Translations under genes and position numbers: made by a program | DNA from: an uncultured Nitrospiraceae bacterium | Lineage (GTDB): Bacteria; Nitrospirota; Nitrospiria; Nitrospirales; Nitrospiraceae | Assembly (NCBI GenBank): GCA_963706325.1 | Contig: CAVPLT010000001.1 | Coordinates: 992,001 to 1,056,000, forward strand | Direction of reading: 5' to 3' | DNA length: 64,000 nucleotides | Notes under the pieces: generated by a model | What the model saw: the letters and a program-made list of their open reading frames with translations, nothing else | What the model was told of the DNA's origin: nothing | The model's database searches: none | Part shown: one piece after another, positions 1 through 10,571 of the stretch | How the letters are laid out: each line of letters begins with the position of its first letter | Numbering within the stretch: position 1 is the first letter of the stretch

Positions 1-1687
1 GCCGCTTCCGGCGGACTTCGCCGATGCCGGAGACTTGGTCGAGTTCAGAGGCCAGTAAGGCTTTGCCTCTGAGCTTCCGGTGATAGGTTACGGCAAATCG
101 GTGAGCTTCGTCTCGAATCCGCTGTACGAGGTGGGTGGCGGGTGAGGTTGGTCGCAGGATGATCGGATTCTTTCGCCCCGGCAGGAAAATACGCTCCTCT
201 TTCTCGCCACGCGCTTTGGCTAGGCCAATGATGGGAATCTGTTCTTGGCCGACCTGTTTGAGCCCATCCAAGGCGGCGCTCAATTGGCCCAACCCCCCGT
301 CGATAAGAATCAGATCCGGGCGCGCGAGGTCTTCAGTCGAGCCATAGCGTCGCATGACGGCTTCCTGCATGCTGGCAAAATCGTTGGCGCCTTCGACGGT
401 TTTAATCCGGAATTTTCGGTAATCGGATTTTTTTGCCTGCCCATCCTCCCAGACGACCAATGAGGCGACCGACTGATTGCCCATGATGTTCGAGATGTCG
501 AAGCCTTCAATGCGGTGCGGGGCCTTTTCGAGGCGTAACAGGCGCTTCAACTCCGCCGTCGCCTGACGGTCCAAGGCTTCGTTGCGCAAATGGTCGGCAA
601 TGGCGGCGCTCGCATTTTCTTCGGCGAGTCGCACTAATTGATGCTTGGCGCCACGCTCAGGAGCCATGAGCCGCACGGCTTCGCCTCTTTTGTCCGTCAG
701 CCACTGTTCGATGAGCGGCGCATCGTCGAGTGCGGTCGGCACCAGAATTTCTTTCGGTGGCTGGCCTTCCTTGTTGTAGAACTGCTCAATAGCGGAGCGG
801 ACCAATTCTTCGTCGCTGGCATCGCTCGATTGAGGCCAGAAGAAATCTTTACGCCCGATCAGTAACCCCCCCCGCACAAACAGCAGTTGAAGATCTGCCG
901 CGGGTCCCTGCCTGGCCAAACCGACCACATCTTGATCGGCGGCGCTGATTTGGGTGATGCGTTGTTTCTCAAGGGTGCGCTCGACGTTGAAGAGCCGGTC
1001 CCGCAACCGTGCTGCTTCTTCAAACTGCTCCTGTTCCGCCGCCCGCTCCATTTCCTCGCGAAGGCTGTCCAGCAATTCGCTGTCGCGTCCTTCCAGGAAT
1101 TGGCGGACTTGTTTCACGATCAGGTGATAGTCGTCGCGAGATTGATTGCCGATGCAGGGCGCCATGCATCGCTTGATCTCGAATTCGATACAGGCGCGCT
1201 CGGCCTTGCCGTTGATGTCGATTTCGCAGGTGGCCAGTGGAAAGACCTTCCGGATGACCTTCAACGTATCGCGCAGCGCTCCGGCCGGCGTATAGGGCCC
1301 ATAGTAGAGCGCGCCGTCTTTCTGCACGCGCCGGACGATCGAGAGGCGAGGAAAATCTTCTTTGATGGGCAGGCGAAGATAGGGATATTGTTTGTCGTCA
1401 CGAAGGACGACGTTGAATCGAGGACGATGACGCTTGATCAGGTTGCTTTCGAGGATCAGGGCTTCGAGAACGGATCGGGTGACGATAGTTTCGAGATCAG
1501 CGATCTCGTTGACGAGCAGGCTGGTTTTTGGTGTCTGGTCGCTGCCCTTTTGGAAATAGGAGCGGACCCGGTCAGCCAGAACCGCGGCTTTGCCGACGTA
1601 CAGAATCTCCTTCCTGTCATTCTTGAAGAGATAGCAGCCGGGTTGTTCCGGCAAATGCGACAGCTTGGATTGCAGTGCGTCTGTCAT
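1..1687 (-). CDS. uvrC: Excinuclease ABC subunit C (3' end runs off the window)
   Basis: Manual minus-strand translation from ATG at 1687 gives MTDALQSKLSHLPEQPGCYLFK...ILYVGKAAVL (GIY-YIG), later RIEGFDIS and RDEAHRFA. Absent from the ORF track because no stop lies in the window. Confidence 0.95.
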   Translation of the reverse strand, partial: MTDALQSKLSHLPEQPGCYLFKNDRKEILYVGKAAVLADRVRSYFQKGSDQTPKTSLLVNEIADLETIVTRSVLEALILESNLIKRHRPRFNVVLRDDKQYPYLRLPIKEDFPRLSIVRRVQKDGALYYGPYTPAGALRDTLKVIRKVFPLATCEIDINGKAERACIEFEIKRCMAPCIGNQSRDDYHLIVKQVRQFLEGRDSELLDSLREEMERAAEQEQFEEAARLRDRLFNVERTLEKQRITQISAADQDVVGLARQGPAADLQLLFVRGGLLIGRKDFFWPQSSDASDEELVRSAIEQFYNKEGQPPKEILVPTALDDAPLIEQWLTDKRGEAVRLMAPERGAKHQLVRLAEENASAAIADHLRNEALDRQATAELKRLLRLEKAPHRIEGFDISNIMGNQSVASLVVWEDGQAKKSDYRKFRIKTVEGANDFASMQEAVMRRYGSTEDLARPDLILIDGGLGQLSAALDGLKQVGQEQIPIIGLAKARGEKEERIFLPGRKNPIILRPTSPATHLVQRIRDEAHRFAVTYHRKLRGKALLASELDQVSGIGEVRRKR

Positions 1688-1837
1688 TCTTAATAAGCAC
1701 ATGTTTCGGTCGGCATCGGTAGTTATTGTACTTCCTTAACGGGGGGGACTATCCAGCACGAACTAAAGGCTGGGGAAGTCTACTCGGGCTAACCGGACCT
1801 TGAAGTGAGCAGGTGCAGCGCGACAGGAACACTCCGG

Positions 1838-2065
1838 CAGCATGGTCAAAAGGTCCGTCCAGCGAGGCCGTAACGAGGTCCGCGACGCGAGGAATAATGA
1901 GCATCACGCTTGCGGACGCCGGCGTGACGGTGAGCCGACTGTGTCTCGGGCCAAGGCGTCTCGTTCTTACCCGCCCGCCTGCCTAGACGGGCTCTTTTCT
2001 CATGGCGGTACGTTGACGCTGTGAACGATGCGTGGACGAAGGTGGCGGGCATTTTCAGCATCCTG
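1838..2065 (-). repeat. Family-A intergenic hairpin element carrying module B
   Basis: Ends CAGCATGGTCAAAAGG / ATTTTCAGCATCCTG. Abuts the dapF stop codon. Internal GGCCG, GTACGTTGA and module B. Confidence 0.8.
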
Positions 2066-2935
2066 CTACCGTAGCGTGCGCACGAACGACGGACTGAGGG
2101 AGCCTCGAGCCACTTCTTCGACCGGACCCTTCATGGTGAGGCTGAAATCCGGAGCGACTTCGATATTGAGACTCCCCCCTGGCATGTTCACCGTGACCGG
2201 GCCCTTGACCAGACCGAGCCGGACGGCAGCACTCGCCGCCGCGCAGGACGAGGAACCGGAGGCCTGGGTTTCGCCGGCGCCTCGCTCCCAAATGAGGATG
2301 AAGATTGCCTTGGGCCCGGTCGGGATCGCCAGTTGCACGTTGGTGCGCTTCGGAAAGAACGGGTGATTTTCAAGCGCAGGCCCGAGCAGCAGCAGGTCTT
2401 CACGGCGCCAGGTCTCGCCGGCCTTTTTGAAGAGCACGCAATGGGGATTGCCGACGCTGACACCCGTGAATTGGAGCGATTGTCCTGCCGCTTCGATAGG
2501 AACTTGGATCAATTCATCCATAGGCAGGGTACAGGGGAGTGCGGCTGGGTGAAAAGAGGCTCGCCCCATCTCGACGGTGGCCGCGGCGGCATCGCCGTGC
2601 CGATCGAGGTGGAGCGATATGGAGACCAGGCCGCCCTTGGTCTCGACGGTAAACTGTTTCTTCTTCGTCTTGCCGGTGGCATGGAGATAGCGAGCGAAGA
2701 TGCGCAATCCATTGCCGGACTTCTCAGCTTCGCTTCCATCGGGATTGAAGATACGCAGGCCGAAGTCGGCCTTCTTGGAAGGCACCAGCGCGAGGATGCC
2801 GTCACTGCCCACGCCCCAATGGCGATCGCAGATGCCGCGGATTTTACCAACGGAGAGCTTGAACGTCAGCTCTAGAGGATCCATCACCAAATAGTCATTG
2901 CCGAGTCCATGCCCGCGAAAAAACCCGTTCTTCAT
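2066..2935 (-). CDS. dapF: Diaminopimelate epimerase family protein (Ser in place of both catalytic Cys)
   Basis: HGLGND, GVGSDG, NPDGSEAEKSGNG, VGNPH, TNV, WERGAGETQASGS motifs. Confidence 0.85.
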   Translation of the reverse strand: MKNGFFRGHGLGNDYLVMDPLELTFKLSVGKIRGICDRHWGVGSDGILALVPSKKADFGLRIFNPDGSEAEKSGNGLRIFARYLHATGKTKKKQFTVETKGGLVSISLHLDRHGDAAAATVEMGRASFHPAALPCTLPMDELIQVPIEAAGQSLQFTGVSVGNPHCVLFKKAGETWRREDLLLLGPALENHPFFPKRTNVQLAIPTGPKAIFILIWERGAGETQASGSSSCAAASAAVRLGLVKGPVTVNMPGGSLNIEVAPDFSLTMKGPVEEVARGSLSPSFVRTLR

Positions 2936-3047
2936 GCCTGGTCTCCTTGAGATGGGAAGAGGTGTCCCGTTACTCCTTGCAAAGCTGGAAAAGGTACTGC
3001 GGCGATTCTTGCCGCGTCAATGGGGAGAAGCGCACACATGATAAGAG

Positions 3048-3446
3048 TTACACGAGCGCGGTCCCTGGCGGGCGTTCAATGAGTTCAACCTCGTAGCCGT
3101 CCGGCGCGTCGATGAAGATGAATCGGCTACCCGAGGAGGTACGGGTTGGGCCGTCGGTAATCTTAACCTGCTGCGATTCCAAAGCCCGGATCGTGTCGTC
3201 CAAGTTTTCAACCTCAAAGGCGAGATGGACCAGATCTTCTTGCACGGTCACAGGTCCGCTGGCAGGAAAACTACACAGCTCGATGAGTTCCTCACTATTC
3301 GGCACCTTCAGAAATGCCAAATGCGATCCGCGTGGAGACACTTTGCGTTCCATGACCTCCAGGCCCAGTACATCCCGGTAGAACTGGATGGTTTGATCCA
3401 TATTGCTGACCCGCATGCGGGTGTGAAGCAGCTTTTTCACGCGCAC
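3048..3446 (-). CDS. VOC/glyoxalase I (lactoylglutathione lyase) family protein
   Basis: LLHTRMRV, FYRDVLG, HLAFEV, FIDAPDGYEVELIE. GTG start at 3446 follows an AAGGAG RBS; the longer track start lies inside a repeat. Confidence 0.85.
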   Translation of the reverse strand: MRVKKLLHTRMRVSNMDQTIQFYRDVLGLEVMERKVSPRGSHLAFLKVPNSEELIELCSFPASGPVTVQEDLVHLAFEVENLDDTIRALESQQVKITDGPTRTSSGSRFIFIDAPDGYEVELIERPPGTALV

Positions 3447-3463
3447 GGTCCTGTCTCCTTTGT

Positions 3464-3587
3464 CGGCTGCTGAAAACATCCCCCAGCTGCGTTCTCAGTC
3501 GCTCGAACCCCTCAACGTACCCTGCCCGCGTACGCCTCGGGGTCCTCGTTCCTTGCGGCCTTGCTGGAGAATGTTTTGAGCAGCCTG
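3464..3587 (+). repeat. Family-A intergenic hairpin element
   Basis: CGGCTGCTGAAAACAT...GTTCTC...TCAACGTAC..GTACGCCTC...TGCGGCC...ATGTTTTGAGCAGCCTG. Confidence 0.85.
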
Positions 3588-3654
3588 TGAAATGATCCCT
3601 GTAAAGAACCGAAAGAGGAATTCAATAACGATCTTACCATTGCGGCGTATCACC

Positions 3655-4146
3655 TCACGTTGTCCTTGCCGGACCAGCCGTCTTACGAAGCAGAATCTCG
3701 GCGTAGCCTGGAATGAGAAAATTCGGCATGGGACCAATTTCCTTATAACCTTGCTTGCGGTAAAAGGCGCGCGCCCCCTCATTAAAATCCGACACGCAGG
3801 CGAACACATTCTTGGCCCGGGCGAATGTGAGCGATTCAATATGAGCCAGTAGCCGGCTACCGAGGCCGGTGCCTGTTGCGGAAGGGGCGATGCCGAGTAA
3901 TTCCAGATAGTCGCCGAAAAGGAATTTTCGTCGCACGATGGCGATCCCCAGCACGGTTCCTTCAGCTTCCATCACAAACGTGTCCCGAGCTTGCGGCACG
4001 GGCGAAAAGATCCTTCCCCAATCGTCGGCAGTAAACCCGAGTCGTTTCCAGGGGTCGGAATCAGTAAGGATCCCGATCACGGCATCGCGATCCTCCGGCC
4101 GCATATCGCGGATTATGGCCGGAGTGGGGCTGTGGCTTGGTTGCAT
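3655..4146 (-). CDS. GNAT family N-acetyltransferase
   Basis: GTGLGSRLL acetyl-CoA motif and N-x-x-ARAFYRKQGY. Confidence 0.85.
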   Translation of the reverse strand: MQPSHSPTPAIIRDMRPEDRDAVIGILTDSDPWKRLGFTADDWGRIFSPVPQARDTFVMEAEGTVLGIAIVRRKFLFGDYLELLGIAPSATGTGLGSRLLAHIESLTFARAKNVFACVSDFNEGARAFYRKQGYKEIGPMPNFLIPGYAEILLRKTAGPARTT

Positions 4147-4835
4147 CGTAAGAGGTCCGATACCGTCAGCGGAGTCAAGCCCTTGTCAGGCAGGACTGTG
4201 GTGGCTAAAGTTGTGGTTACCTCCCGGGTATGTTTGCCCTTCCCGTTAGCGTGCAACACGATGACACTGCCCGGCTTCATGTGTTTCCGCAGGCGGGCCA
4301 GAATCGCGTCCGCCGTGAGGGTCGGATCGGGGTCTCCCGACTCGAGACTCCACATGATAAACCGCAAGCCCAGAGCATTCACCGCTTCCACTGTCTGATC
4401 GTTATATTCCCCGTAGGGTGGTCGAAACAGGGTCGTCGAACGGCCGTATTTCGTCTTGAGGATTCGCACCGGTCCCACGATCTCTCGTTGTTGTTCTTCC
4501 AGCTCATGCATCGGGAGATGCGCATGCACCTCGCCATGCGTCCCGACTTCGAAAAATGGAACGGCCAAGAGCTCTTTCACCTCGGCGTCGTGCTTGGCCA
4601 TCCACCGACCGGACATGAAAAATGTGGCTGGAACTTTGTTCATAATGAGGAAATCGATTAATTCGCGGTCGAATCCCGGGGCGGTGCGCACCGGACACAG
4701 ATCATAGGTCAGCGCAACCGCCGGGCATGAGGGAGAGCCGGCCCTGATGACCTGGGCCTCCGCTAGATGGCCATGCACGACCAGCGCCATCGAACACATC
4801 GCTGATAGAGTCACTTGACACAGGTTCCATCGCAT
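4113..4835 (-). CDS. Polysaccharide deacetylase (NodB/CE4) family protein with signal peptide
   Basis: ALTYD, ATFF, H-x3-H, FRPPYG, VIVLH motifs. Confidence 0.85.
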   Translation of the reverse strand: MRWNLCQVTLSAMCSMALVVHGHLAEAQVIRAGSPSCPAVALTYDLCPVRTAPGFDRELIDFLIMNKVPATFFMSGRWMAKHDAEVKELLAVPFFEVGTHGEVHAHLPMHELEEQQREIVGPVRILKTKYGRSTTLFRPPYGEYNDQTVEAVNALGLRFIMWSLESGDPDPTLTADAILARLRKHMKPGSVIVLHANGKGKHTREVTTTLATTVLPDKGLTPLTVSDLLRCNQATAPLRP

Positions 4836-4908
4836 GGAGGGGAGTATACCCGATGACAGGGACCGGCGATAGTTGACGGTCTGTCAAGGTGGCTGCTACG
4901 GTGACCAT

Positions 4909-6066
4909 ATGCAGGGACCTGCCTGGCAAATCGGTCGAGTGTTCGGAATTCCTATCTACGTGCATGCCTCATGGCTCTTCGTATTCTTCTTTGTGACCTG
5001 GTCGCTGGCCACAGGGTATCTGCCCGACATGCTACCAGGTCTCTCAGAGCCGCGGTATTGGGGGATGGGCGGGGTGGCCGCGCTTCTCCTGTTCGCATCG
5101 GTCCTGCTGCATGAACTCGGTCACTCCGTCGTTGCCCTTCGTTATCACATTCCCATCGGCCAAATTACGTTGTTCATTTTCGGTGGAGTGGCACAAATGC
5201 GAAAGGAACCGCCGCATCCGAGGGCGGAATTTCTCATCGCCATTGCAGGCCCGATTGTCAGCTTCTTTTTGGCGGGGCTGTGTATGAGCCTGGTCTTGTT
5301 GTTGGAATGGCTCCCGTCCGGGGCCTCTCTGCAGGGGTTAACGGCGCTCGGCGCACTCCTTGGGATGGTCAATACGCAGCTAGGCCTCTTCAACCTGCTG
5401 CCGGGTTTTCCGCTGGACGGCGGCCGAGCCCTGCGGGCGGGTCTTTGGGCTTGGAGTAAGGATTTCTATCGCGCGACGAGCCAGGCGGCATTGGTAGGAT
5501 TGCTCTTCGGTGTCGGTTTTGGTCTCTTCGGAGCGCTACTGCTGGTCGGCGCACTTTCCGGGACCCTGTCGAGCGCCCTGGCAAGTAGTGGGGGATGGAT
5601 TGTGCTGCTGGGGGCTTTTCTTTTCACGGCGGCGCGCGGAAGTCGCAAGCAGGCGGTGATCCGTGCGTCGTTAGCGTCGGTGTCCGTCCGCGAGCTCATG
5701 GTCAAGAACGTGGTGTCTCTATCCCCGGACATCACGCTGGAAGAAGCCGTACATCAATATTTCCTGCCCTACGGCTATGGGGGATTTCCGGTAGTGCAGG
5801 ATGGGCGGCTTCTAGGTATCGTGACGGTGCGTGAGGTACAGGCCGTCAACAATCCGCTCTGGGCGTTTCGCCGGGTTGCCGAGGTGATGCAGACTTCCAA
5901 TGACGAGATGATCGTATCGCCGGAAGTGCCGGTGATACAGGCATTGGAGAAAATGATGTCGTTTGGGGCAGAGCGGCTGATCGTGGTGCAAGATGGGGAA
6001 CTGCTCGGCCTGCTGACGCGCGCCTCTATCGGCAACTTCATCGAGCAGCGCAATCCATCCAAGTAG
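4909..6066 (+). CDS. Site-2 protease (M50) with two C-terminal CBS domains
   Basis: HELGH, IAIAGP, FNLLPGFPLDGGR, then CBS repeats. Confidence 0.92.
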   Translation: MQGPAWQIGRVFGIPIYVHASWLFVFFFVTWSLATGYLPDMLPGLSEPRYWGMGGVAALLLFASVLLHELGHSVVALRYHIPIGQITLFIFGGVAQMRKEPPHPRAEFLIAIAGPIVSFFLAGLCMSLVLLLEWLPSGASLQGLTALGALLGMVNTQLGLFNLLPGFPLDGGRALRAGLWAWSKDFYRATSQAALVGLLFGVGFGLFGALLLVGALSGTLSSALASSGGWIVLLGAFLFTAARGSRKQAVIRASLASVSVRELMVKNVVSLSPDITLEEAVHQYFLPYGYGGFPVVQDGRLLGIVTVREVQAVNNPLWAFRRVAEVMQTSNDEMIVSPEVPVIQALEKMMSFGAERLIVVQDGELLGLLTRASIGNFIEQRNPSK

Positions 6067-6094
6067 GTCATCCCACACCGCCTATTCTGTGCCA

Positions 6095-6285
6095 CAGGAT
6101 GCTTAAATGGCGACTTTCTTACCCGCCCAATCCCGGCGCGTCAAAGACTCGCCCTGCCCCACGCAAGGCCGCAGCGAGGTCCACGGCGCGAAGAATAATG
6201 AGCGCCACGGCTGTGGACGCCGGCGAGCCGGTGAGCCGCAGTGTCTCGGGCCGCGGCGTCTTGTTCTTACCCACCCGCCCCCACG
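6095..6285 (-). repeat. Family-A element (one end decayed) carrying module B
   Basis: CAGGATGCTTAAA end, CAAGGCCGCAGCGA, module B at 6176-6246, TTCTTACCCRCCC motifs. Confidence 0.7.
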
Positions 6286-6442
6286 GTGCCCCCTAACGTG
6301 AGGAGGTCTTTGTCGAAGCCGTTGAAGATCGTGAAATTCGTGTGGGCTGCCGGATGATTCGAGTGTTTCATGATTTTATCAGGCACGGACGAGGGCGCTG
6401 GAAAAGTCGCGAATGAGACAGAGCGCAGGTTGCGACCAGAAC

Positions 6443-7297
6443 CTACTGGGGCAGAAGTTCGGTCGTAGAGGCTAAGGGGGAAGGCCGCCGACACTGATAG
6501 GTGTGGGTTACCACTGCGCCCAGGAGGACGAGGGCCGAAGAGTAGTAGACCCAGAGGAGTAACAACACCACTTCGAGCAATGAGCCATACATCTGTGTGT
6601 AGACCGCGGCATCTTCTAAATAGGTCACGAACACCACCTTAGCGGAGACCCACAGCAGGCTGAAGACCGCCCCCCCGATGGTCGACTCTTTCCATGTGGG
6701 CCGCTGGTGAGGAAGGAATCGATAGAGACAGGTGACGGAAGCGAAGGCAAGCAGAAACGGCAATGAATAGGCGAGCAGGAAATCGTGCGCGGTGATCGCG
6801 ACCAAGTCGAGTCCCCACAAGTGCGGCGCATAGGCAGTCAGCAATTCAATAGCTTGTGTGGCAACAAATGAGATCAGGGCCAGAAAGCCGAGCATCCAAA
6901 TCATCGCGACGGCCACGAGCGTTGAAATCAGCGGATGCCGCTTGGCCGCCGTGCCGAACACAGTATTCATGGCGTAGTCTAGTTCATAAAATACCAGCGC
7001 GCTGAACCAACCGAATGCGAGGAAAACGGCCCATCGCACTTGCTCCTGCTCCGCCACGCGCCGAATATCTTTTGCCAGACGTTCACCCATGCTGGGAAGA
7101 AATCCCTTCAGGAATCCCAACAAGAATTGATAGCCGATGACGTCCTGGCTCACGATGAAGCTGATGCCGTAGAGCAAGAGGAACACCATGGGAAAGAGCG
7201 AGAGGAGGGAAAAGAAGGCCAGCGAAGCGGCCAGACTGAGACAGCCTCGCCGCCTAAAGGTTTCAATTACGTTGGAGAGAAACGATAATCCGATCAT
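6443..7297 (-). CDS. YihY/BrkB family membrane protein
   Basis: AASLAFFSLLSLFP and YGSL...LLLWVYYS...LLGA. Confidence 0.9.
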   Translation of the reverse strand: MIGLSFLSNVIETFRRRGCLSLAASLAFFSLLSLFPMVFLLLYGISFIVSQDVIGYQFLLGFLKGFLPSMGERLAKDIRRVAEQEQVRWAVFLAFGWFSALVFYELDYAMNTVFGTAAKRHPLISTLVAVAMIWMLGFLALISFVATQAIELLTAYAPHLWGLDLVAITAHDFLLAYSLPFLLAFASVTCLYRFLPHQRPTWKESTIGGAVFSLLWVSAKVVFVTYLEDAAVYTQMYGSLLEVVLLLLWVYYSSALVLLGAVVTHTYQCRRPSPLASTTELLPQ

Positions 7298-7433
7298 GCA
7301 AGCCCGTCTTGAGCCACGCCGACGCGGTTAGACCATCGGCCGGGTGCTGCCGGTCCTGTGGTGATGAATGTCGGTGCGCCACGATAACAGAGAACGGGGA
7401 AGGTTGCATGAGGATGCAAGAGATGCCCATCCG

Positions 7434-8909
7434 TTATTTCAGTAACGGTGCCGCATGGGTGGCCATTGACCATAGGCCGTTGGGGAACAGCCCCAGGAGC
7501 ACGACGCCGGCAAGAGCGCAGGCGAGGACGAACGATAGAGCCGGAGAGGTTTCGAATTGTGACTGAGATTGTGGCAAGCCTTCGGGATCGCGCATGTACA
7601 TCACCATCACAATTCGCAGGTAGTAGAAGGCAGAGATCGCGGCGAAGATGACGGCGACGACTGCCAGCCATGCCATTCCACCGTTCACCGCGGCCATGAA
7701 GATATAAAACTTGCCGATGAACCCTGCCGTCGGAGGAATGCCGGCCAGCGACACCAGAAAGACCAACATGAAAAAGGCCCCCAAGGGTTCACGTTTCGCC
7801 AGTCCCGCATAATCTTCGATGTTGTCGCTCTCCTGACCGTCTTTGCGCAGCATCCCCACCAGCGCAAATGCGCCAAGCGTCATGAACGAATATATCGCGA
7901 TGTAGAGCAACACACTTGCGAGGCCGGTTGAGGCGGCCATTCCGCCTTGCCGGCCCGCCACGACGACCCCGATGAGGGCATAGCCGGCATGGGCGATGCT
8001 GGAATAGGCCAACATACGCTTGATGTTGGTCTGCACGATTGCAACAAGGTTGCCCAAGGCCAGCGTCGCCAGGCAGATGACGGTGAACAGGATCGACCAA
8101 TCCGCGCTCACCCCTCCCAGGCCCTCCACAAACACCCGGAGAAAGGCGCCGAAGCTGGCCGCTTTCGAGGCAACGGCCATGAAGGCCGTGACAGACGTCG
8201 GCGCTCCCTGATAGACGTCCGGCGTCCACATGTGAAACGGCACGACGGCCAATTTGAATCCGAACCCGACTGTCAGCAACACCAGCGCCAGGGACAATAA
8301 GGGATTGCCCGTTCCCTGCGCGGCGATCTCCTCTGCGATCACAGAGAGACGAGTGCTCCCGGCCAGCCCGAACAAGAGCGAAATGCCGTACAAGAGAATT
8401 CCGGATGAAAACGCTCCCAGCACGAAATACTTTGCCGACGCTTCCAGCGAACGCGCCTCAGTTCGCTTGAGTCCGGCCATCACATAAAGCGAGAGGGACA
8501 TCAATTCGGTGCCGAGGTAGATCGTGAGGAGGTCGGCGGCGGAGACCATGACCATCATACCGACCAGCGATAGCAGGATGAAGCCGTAATATTCGCCGAT
8601 GTTCAATCGCTCCGCCTTGAGGTACGCGAGGGACAACAGGACCGTGAGCCCCGTCACGATATACAGCAGTAGTTTCCAGAAGGCCCCATACGCATCGATC
8701 ACAACCAGATCGCTGAAGGCATATTGGCGACCCATCAATTGAGAGGAAGTGAGACCTAGGCAAATAGCCAGGGCTGCTAAAGTCAGCCAAGCCAGGAGGT
8801 CCTTCTTGGAATCCGCAAGGATGGGATCCAGCACCAGGATGAGGCAAGCCGTGCCGATCACCACGAGTTCAGGAAGGATCGCGAGCAGGTCTTGTATGGG
8901 AATCGTCAT
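7434..8909 (-). CDS. nuoN: NADH-quinone oxidoreductase subunit N
   Basis: EASAKYF, FKLAVVPFHMWTPDVYQGAP, KRMLAYSSIAHAGY; operon position. Confidence 0.97.
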   Translation of the reverse strand: MTIPIQDLLAILPELVVIGTACLILVLDPILADSKKDLLAWLTLAALAICLGLTSSQLMGRQYAFSDLVVIDAYGAFWKLLLYIVTGLTVLLSLAYLKAERLNIGEYYGFILLSLVGMMVMVSAADLLTIYLGTELMSLSLYVMAGLKRTEARSLEASAKYFVLGAFSSGILLYGISLLFGLAGSTRLSVIAEEIAAQGTGNPLLSLALVLLTVGFGFKLAVVPFHMWTPDVYQGAPTSVTAFMAVASKAASFGAFLRVFVEGLGGVSADWSILFTVICLATLALGNLVAIVQTNIKRMLAYSSIAHAGYALIGVVVAGRQGGMAASTGLASVLLYIAIYSFMTLGAFALVGMLRKDGQESDNIEDYAGLAKREPLGAFFMLVFLVSLAGIPPTAGFIGKFYIFMAAVNGGMAWLAVVAVIFAAISAFYYLRIVMVMYMRDPEGLPQSQSQFETSPALSFVLACALAGVVLLGLFPNGLWSMATHAAPLLK

Positions 8910-10477
8910 CGTCCGGTGGCCTGTTCAGAAGATGGAGTCGTGGGCGACGCGGCGATCGCGGCAGTGGACACTGGTTCTGTGCTGGGCTCAGGCCGGGGTT
9001 CAATCGCAAACACCGGCGTCCTCGGGGCGGCTAGCAAGTGCGCCACACTGGCATGCATTCGGGTCAGCAGAGGGTTGGGGAAGATGCCGATCACGAAGAC
9101 CAGGACGACCAGAGGGACCAGCGTGGCCGTTTCCCGAGCATTCAGGTCCAACAGATGCGCGCGATGCGTGGGCGAGGGATTTCCAAAAACCATTCGTTGC
9201 ATGAGCCAGAGGATATAGGCCGCTGCCAAGATAATGCCCAAGGCAGCGAAGGCCGTGGCGACCTTGCTCCAGAGGAACGTCCCGGCCAGCACCAGAAATT
9301 CGCCGACAAAGCTATTGGTGCCGGGAAGTCCTAAAGAGGACAGCGCAAAAATCATCAGGAACAGGGCATAGCGAGGCATCGGCCCGGCCAGTCCGGTATT
9401 GTCGAGAATTTCGCGGCTGTGGGTCCGCTCGTAGATGATCCCCACGCAGAGGAAGAGTCCGCCGGTGGTGATGCCATGGTTGACCATCTGCATGACCGCG
9501 CCTTCGATCCCTTGGGTATTCAAGACGAAGATGCCCAGCGTGACGAAGCCCATGTGACTCACGCTGGAGTAGGCGATGAGTTTTTTCATGTCGGTCTGTG
9601 CCAGGGCCATGTAAGCGCCATAAATAATGGCGATGATCGACAGCGCGATCATCGGCTTGGTAAATGTGACGGTCGCGTCCGGCAACATCGGCAAGGTAAA
9701 GCGGAGAAATCCATAGGTGCCCATCTTCAACAACACGCTCGCAAGAATCACACTGCCTGCAGTGGGAGCTTCCACGTGCGCGTCCGGCAACCAGGTATGA
9801 AATGGAAACATGGGGACTTTCACCGCAAAGGCGGCGAAGAACGCGAGGAACAGCCACATTTGCAGCGACGCACTGTACGTGCCCCGACTCAGCACCAGGA
9901 TGTCGAAGGTCTGCCCGCCGTGGAAGTAGAGGGCGATGATCGCGACCAGGAGCAAGAGGCTGCCTGCCAAAGTGTAGAGAAAAAATTTGATCGCGGCATA
10001 CAGGCGGTTGGGTCCTCCCCAGACGCCGATGAGCAAATACATCGGGATCAGCATGGCTTCCCAGAATACGTAGAACAACACAAAATCGAGGGCGACGAAG
10101 ACGCCCAGCATGGCCGTTTCCATCACCAGCAACATCGACATGAACAGCTGGACGCGTTTTTCGATCGCCGTCCAGGACACGGTGACGCAGAACGGCATGA
10201 GCAAAGTTGTCATCAGAAGTAGCGGAAAGCTGATGCCGTCGAGGCCGAGACTATATTGCACGGGCGGGGACGTAATCCAGGAGGCTCGTTCGACGAATTG
10301 CATCTCACCGGTTGAAGAGTCGAAGAGCCACCACAGCGGAAGCGAGCAGAGAAAATCCGCCACGGTAATGCCAAGCGCCAGCCAACGGGCGGACTCCGCC
10401 CTCACCAGGAGACAGAGAACGGCTCCCAGCAGGGGCAGGAAAATGATCAGACTGAGCCAGGGAAACGAACTCGTCAT
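8906..10477 (-). CDS. nuoM: NADH-quinone oxidoreductase subunit M
   Basis: FYVFWE, VKVPMFPFHTWLPDAHVEAP, LKMGTYG. Confidence 0.97.
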   Translation of the reverse strand: MTSSFPWLSLIIFLPLLGAVLCLLVRAESARWLALGITVADFLCSLPLWWLFDSSTGEMQFVERASWITSPPVQYSLGLDGISFPLLLMTTLLMPFCVTVSWTAIEKRVQLFMSMLLVMETAMLGVFVALDFVLFYVFWEAMLIPMYLLIGVWGGPNRLYAAIKFFLYTLAGSLLLLVAIIALYFHGGQTFDILVLSRGTYSASLQMWLFLAFFAAFAVKVPMFPFHTWLPDAHVEAPTAGSVILASVLLKMGTYGFLRFTLPMLPDATVTFTKPMIALSIIAIIYGAYMALAQTDMKKLIAYSSVSHMGFVTLGIFVLNTQGIEGAVMQMVNHGITTGGLFLCVGIIYERTHSREILDNTGLAGPMPRYALFLMIFALSSLGLPGTNSFVGEFLVLAGTFLWSKVATAFAALGIILAAAYILWLMQRMVFGNPSPTHRAHLLDLNARETATLVPLVVLVFVIGIFPNPLLTRMHASVAHLLAAPRTPVFAIEPRPEPSTEPVSTAAIAASPTTPSSEQATGR

Positions 10478-10571
10478 GAATACTTGGCCAAGAGTCCATG
10501 GCAGCGGAAGCAGGATACGCAGGCGATTCCTGACGACCGATGACCAGTGACCATTGATTCCCCTTCCGTTT

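Noticed and set aside
887..1693. 268-aa plus-strand ORF
   Set aside because: Antisense shadow of uvrC.
1842..2024. Recurring peptide EVRDARNNEHHACGRRRDGEP (also at 6107, 22290 and 60029)
   Set aside because: Translation of repeat module B. Substitutions track base pairing rather than codon position, and starts are inconsistent.
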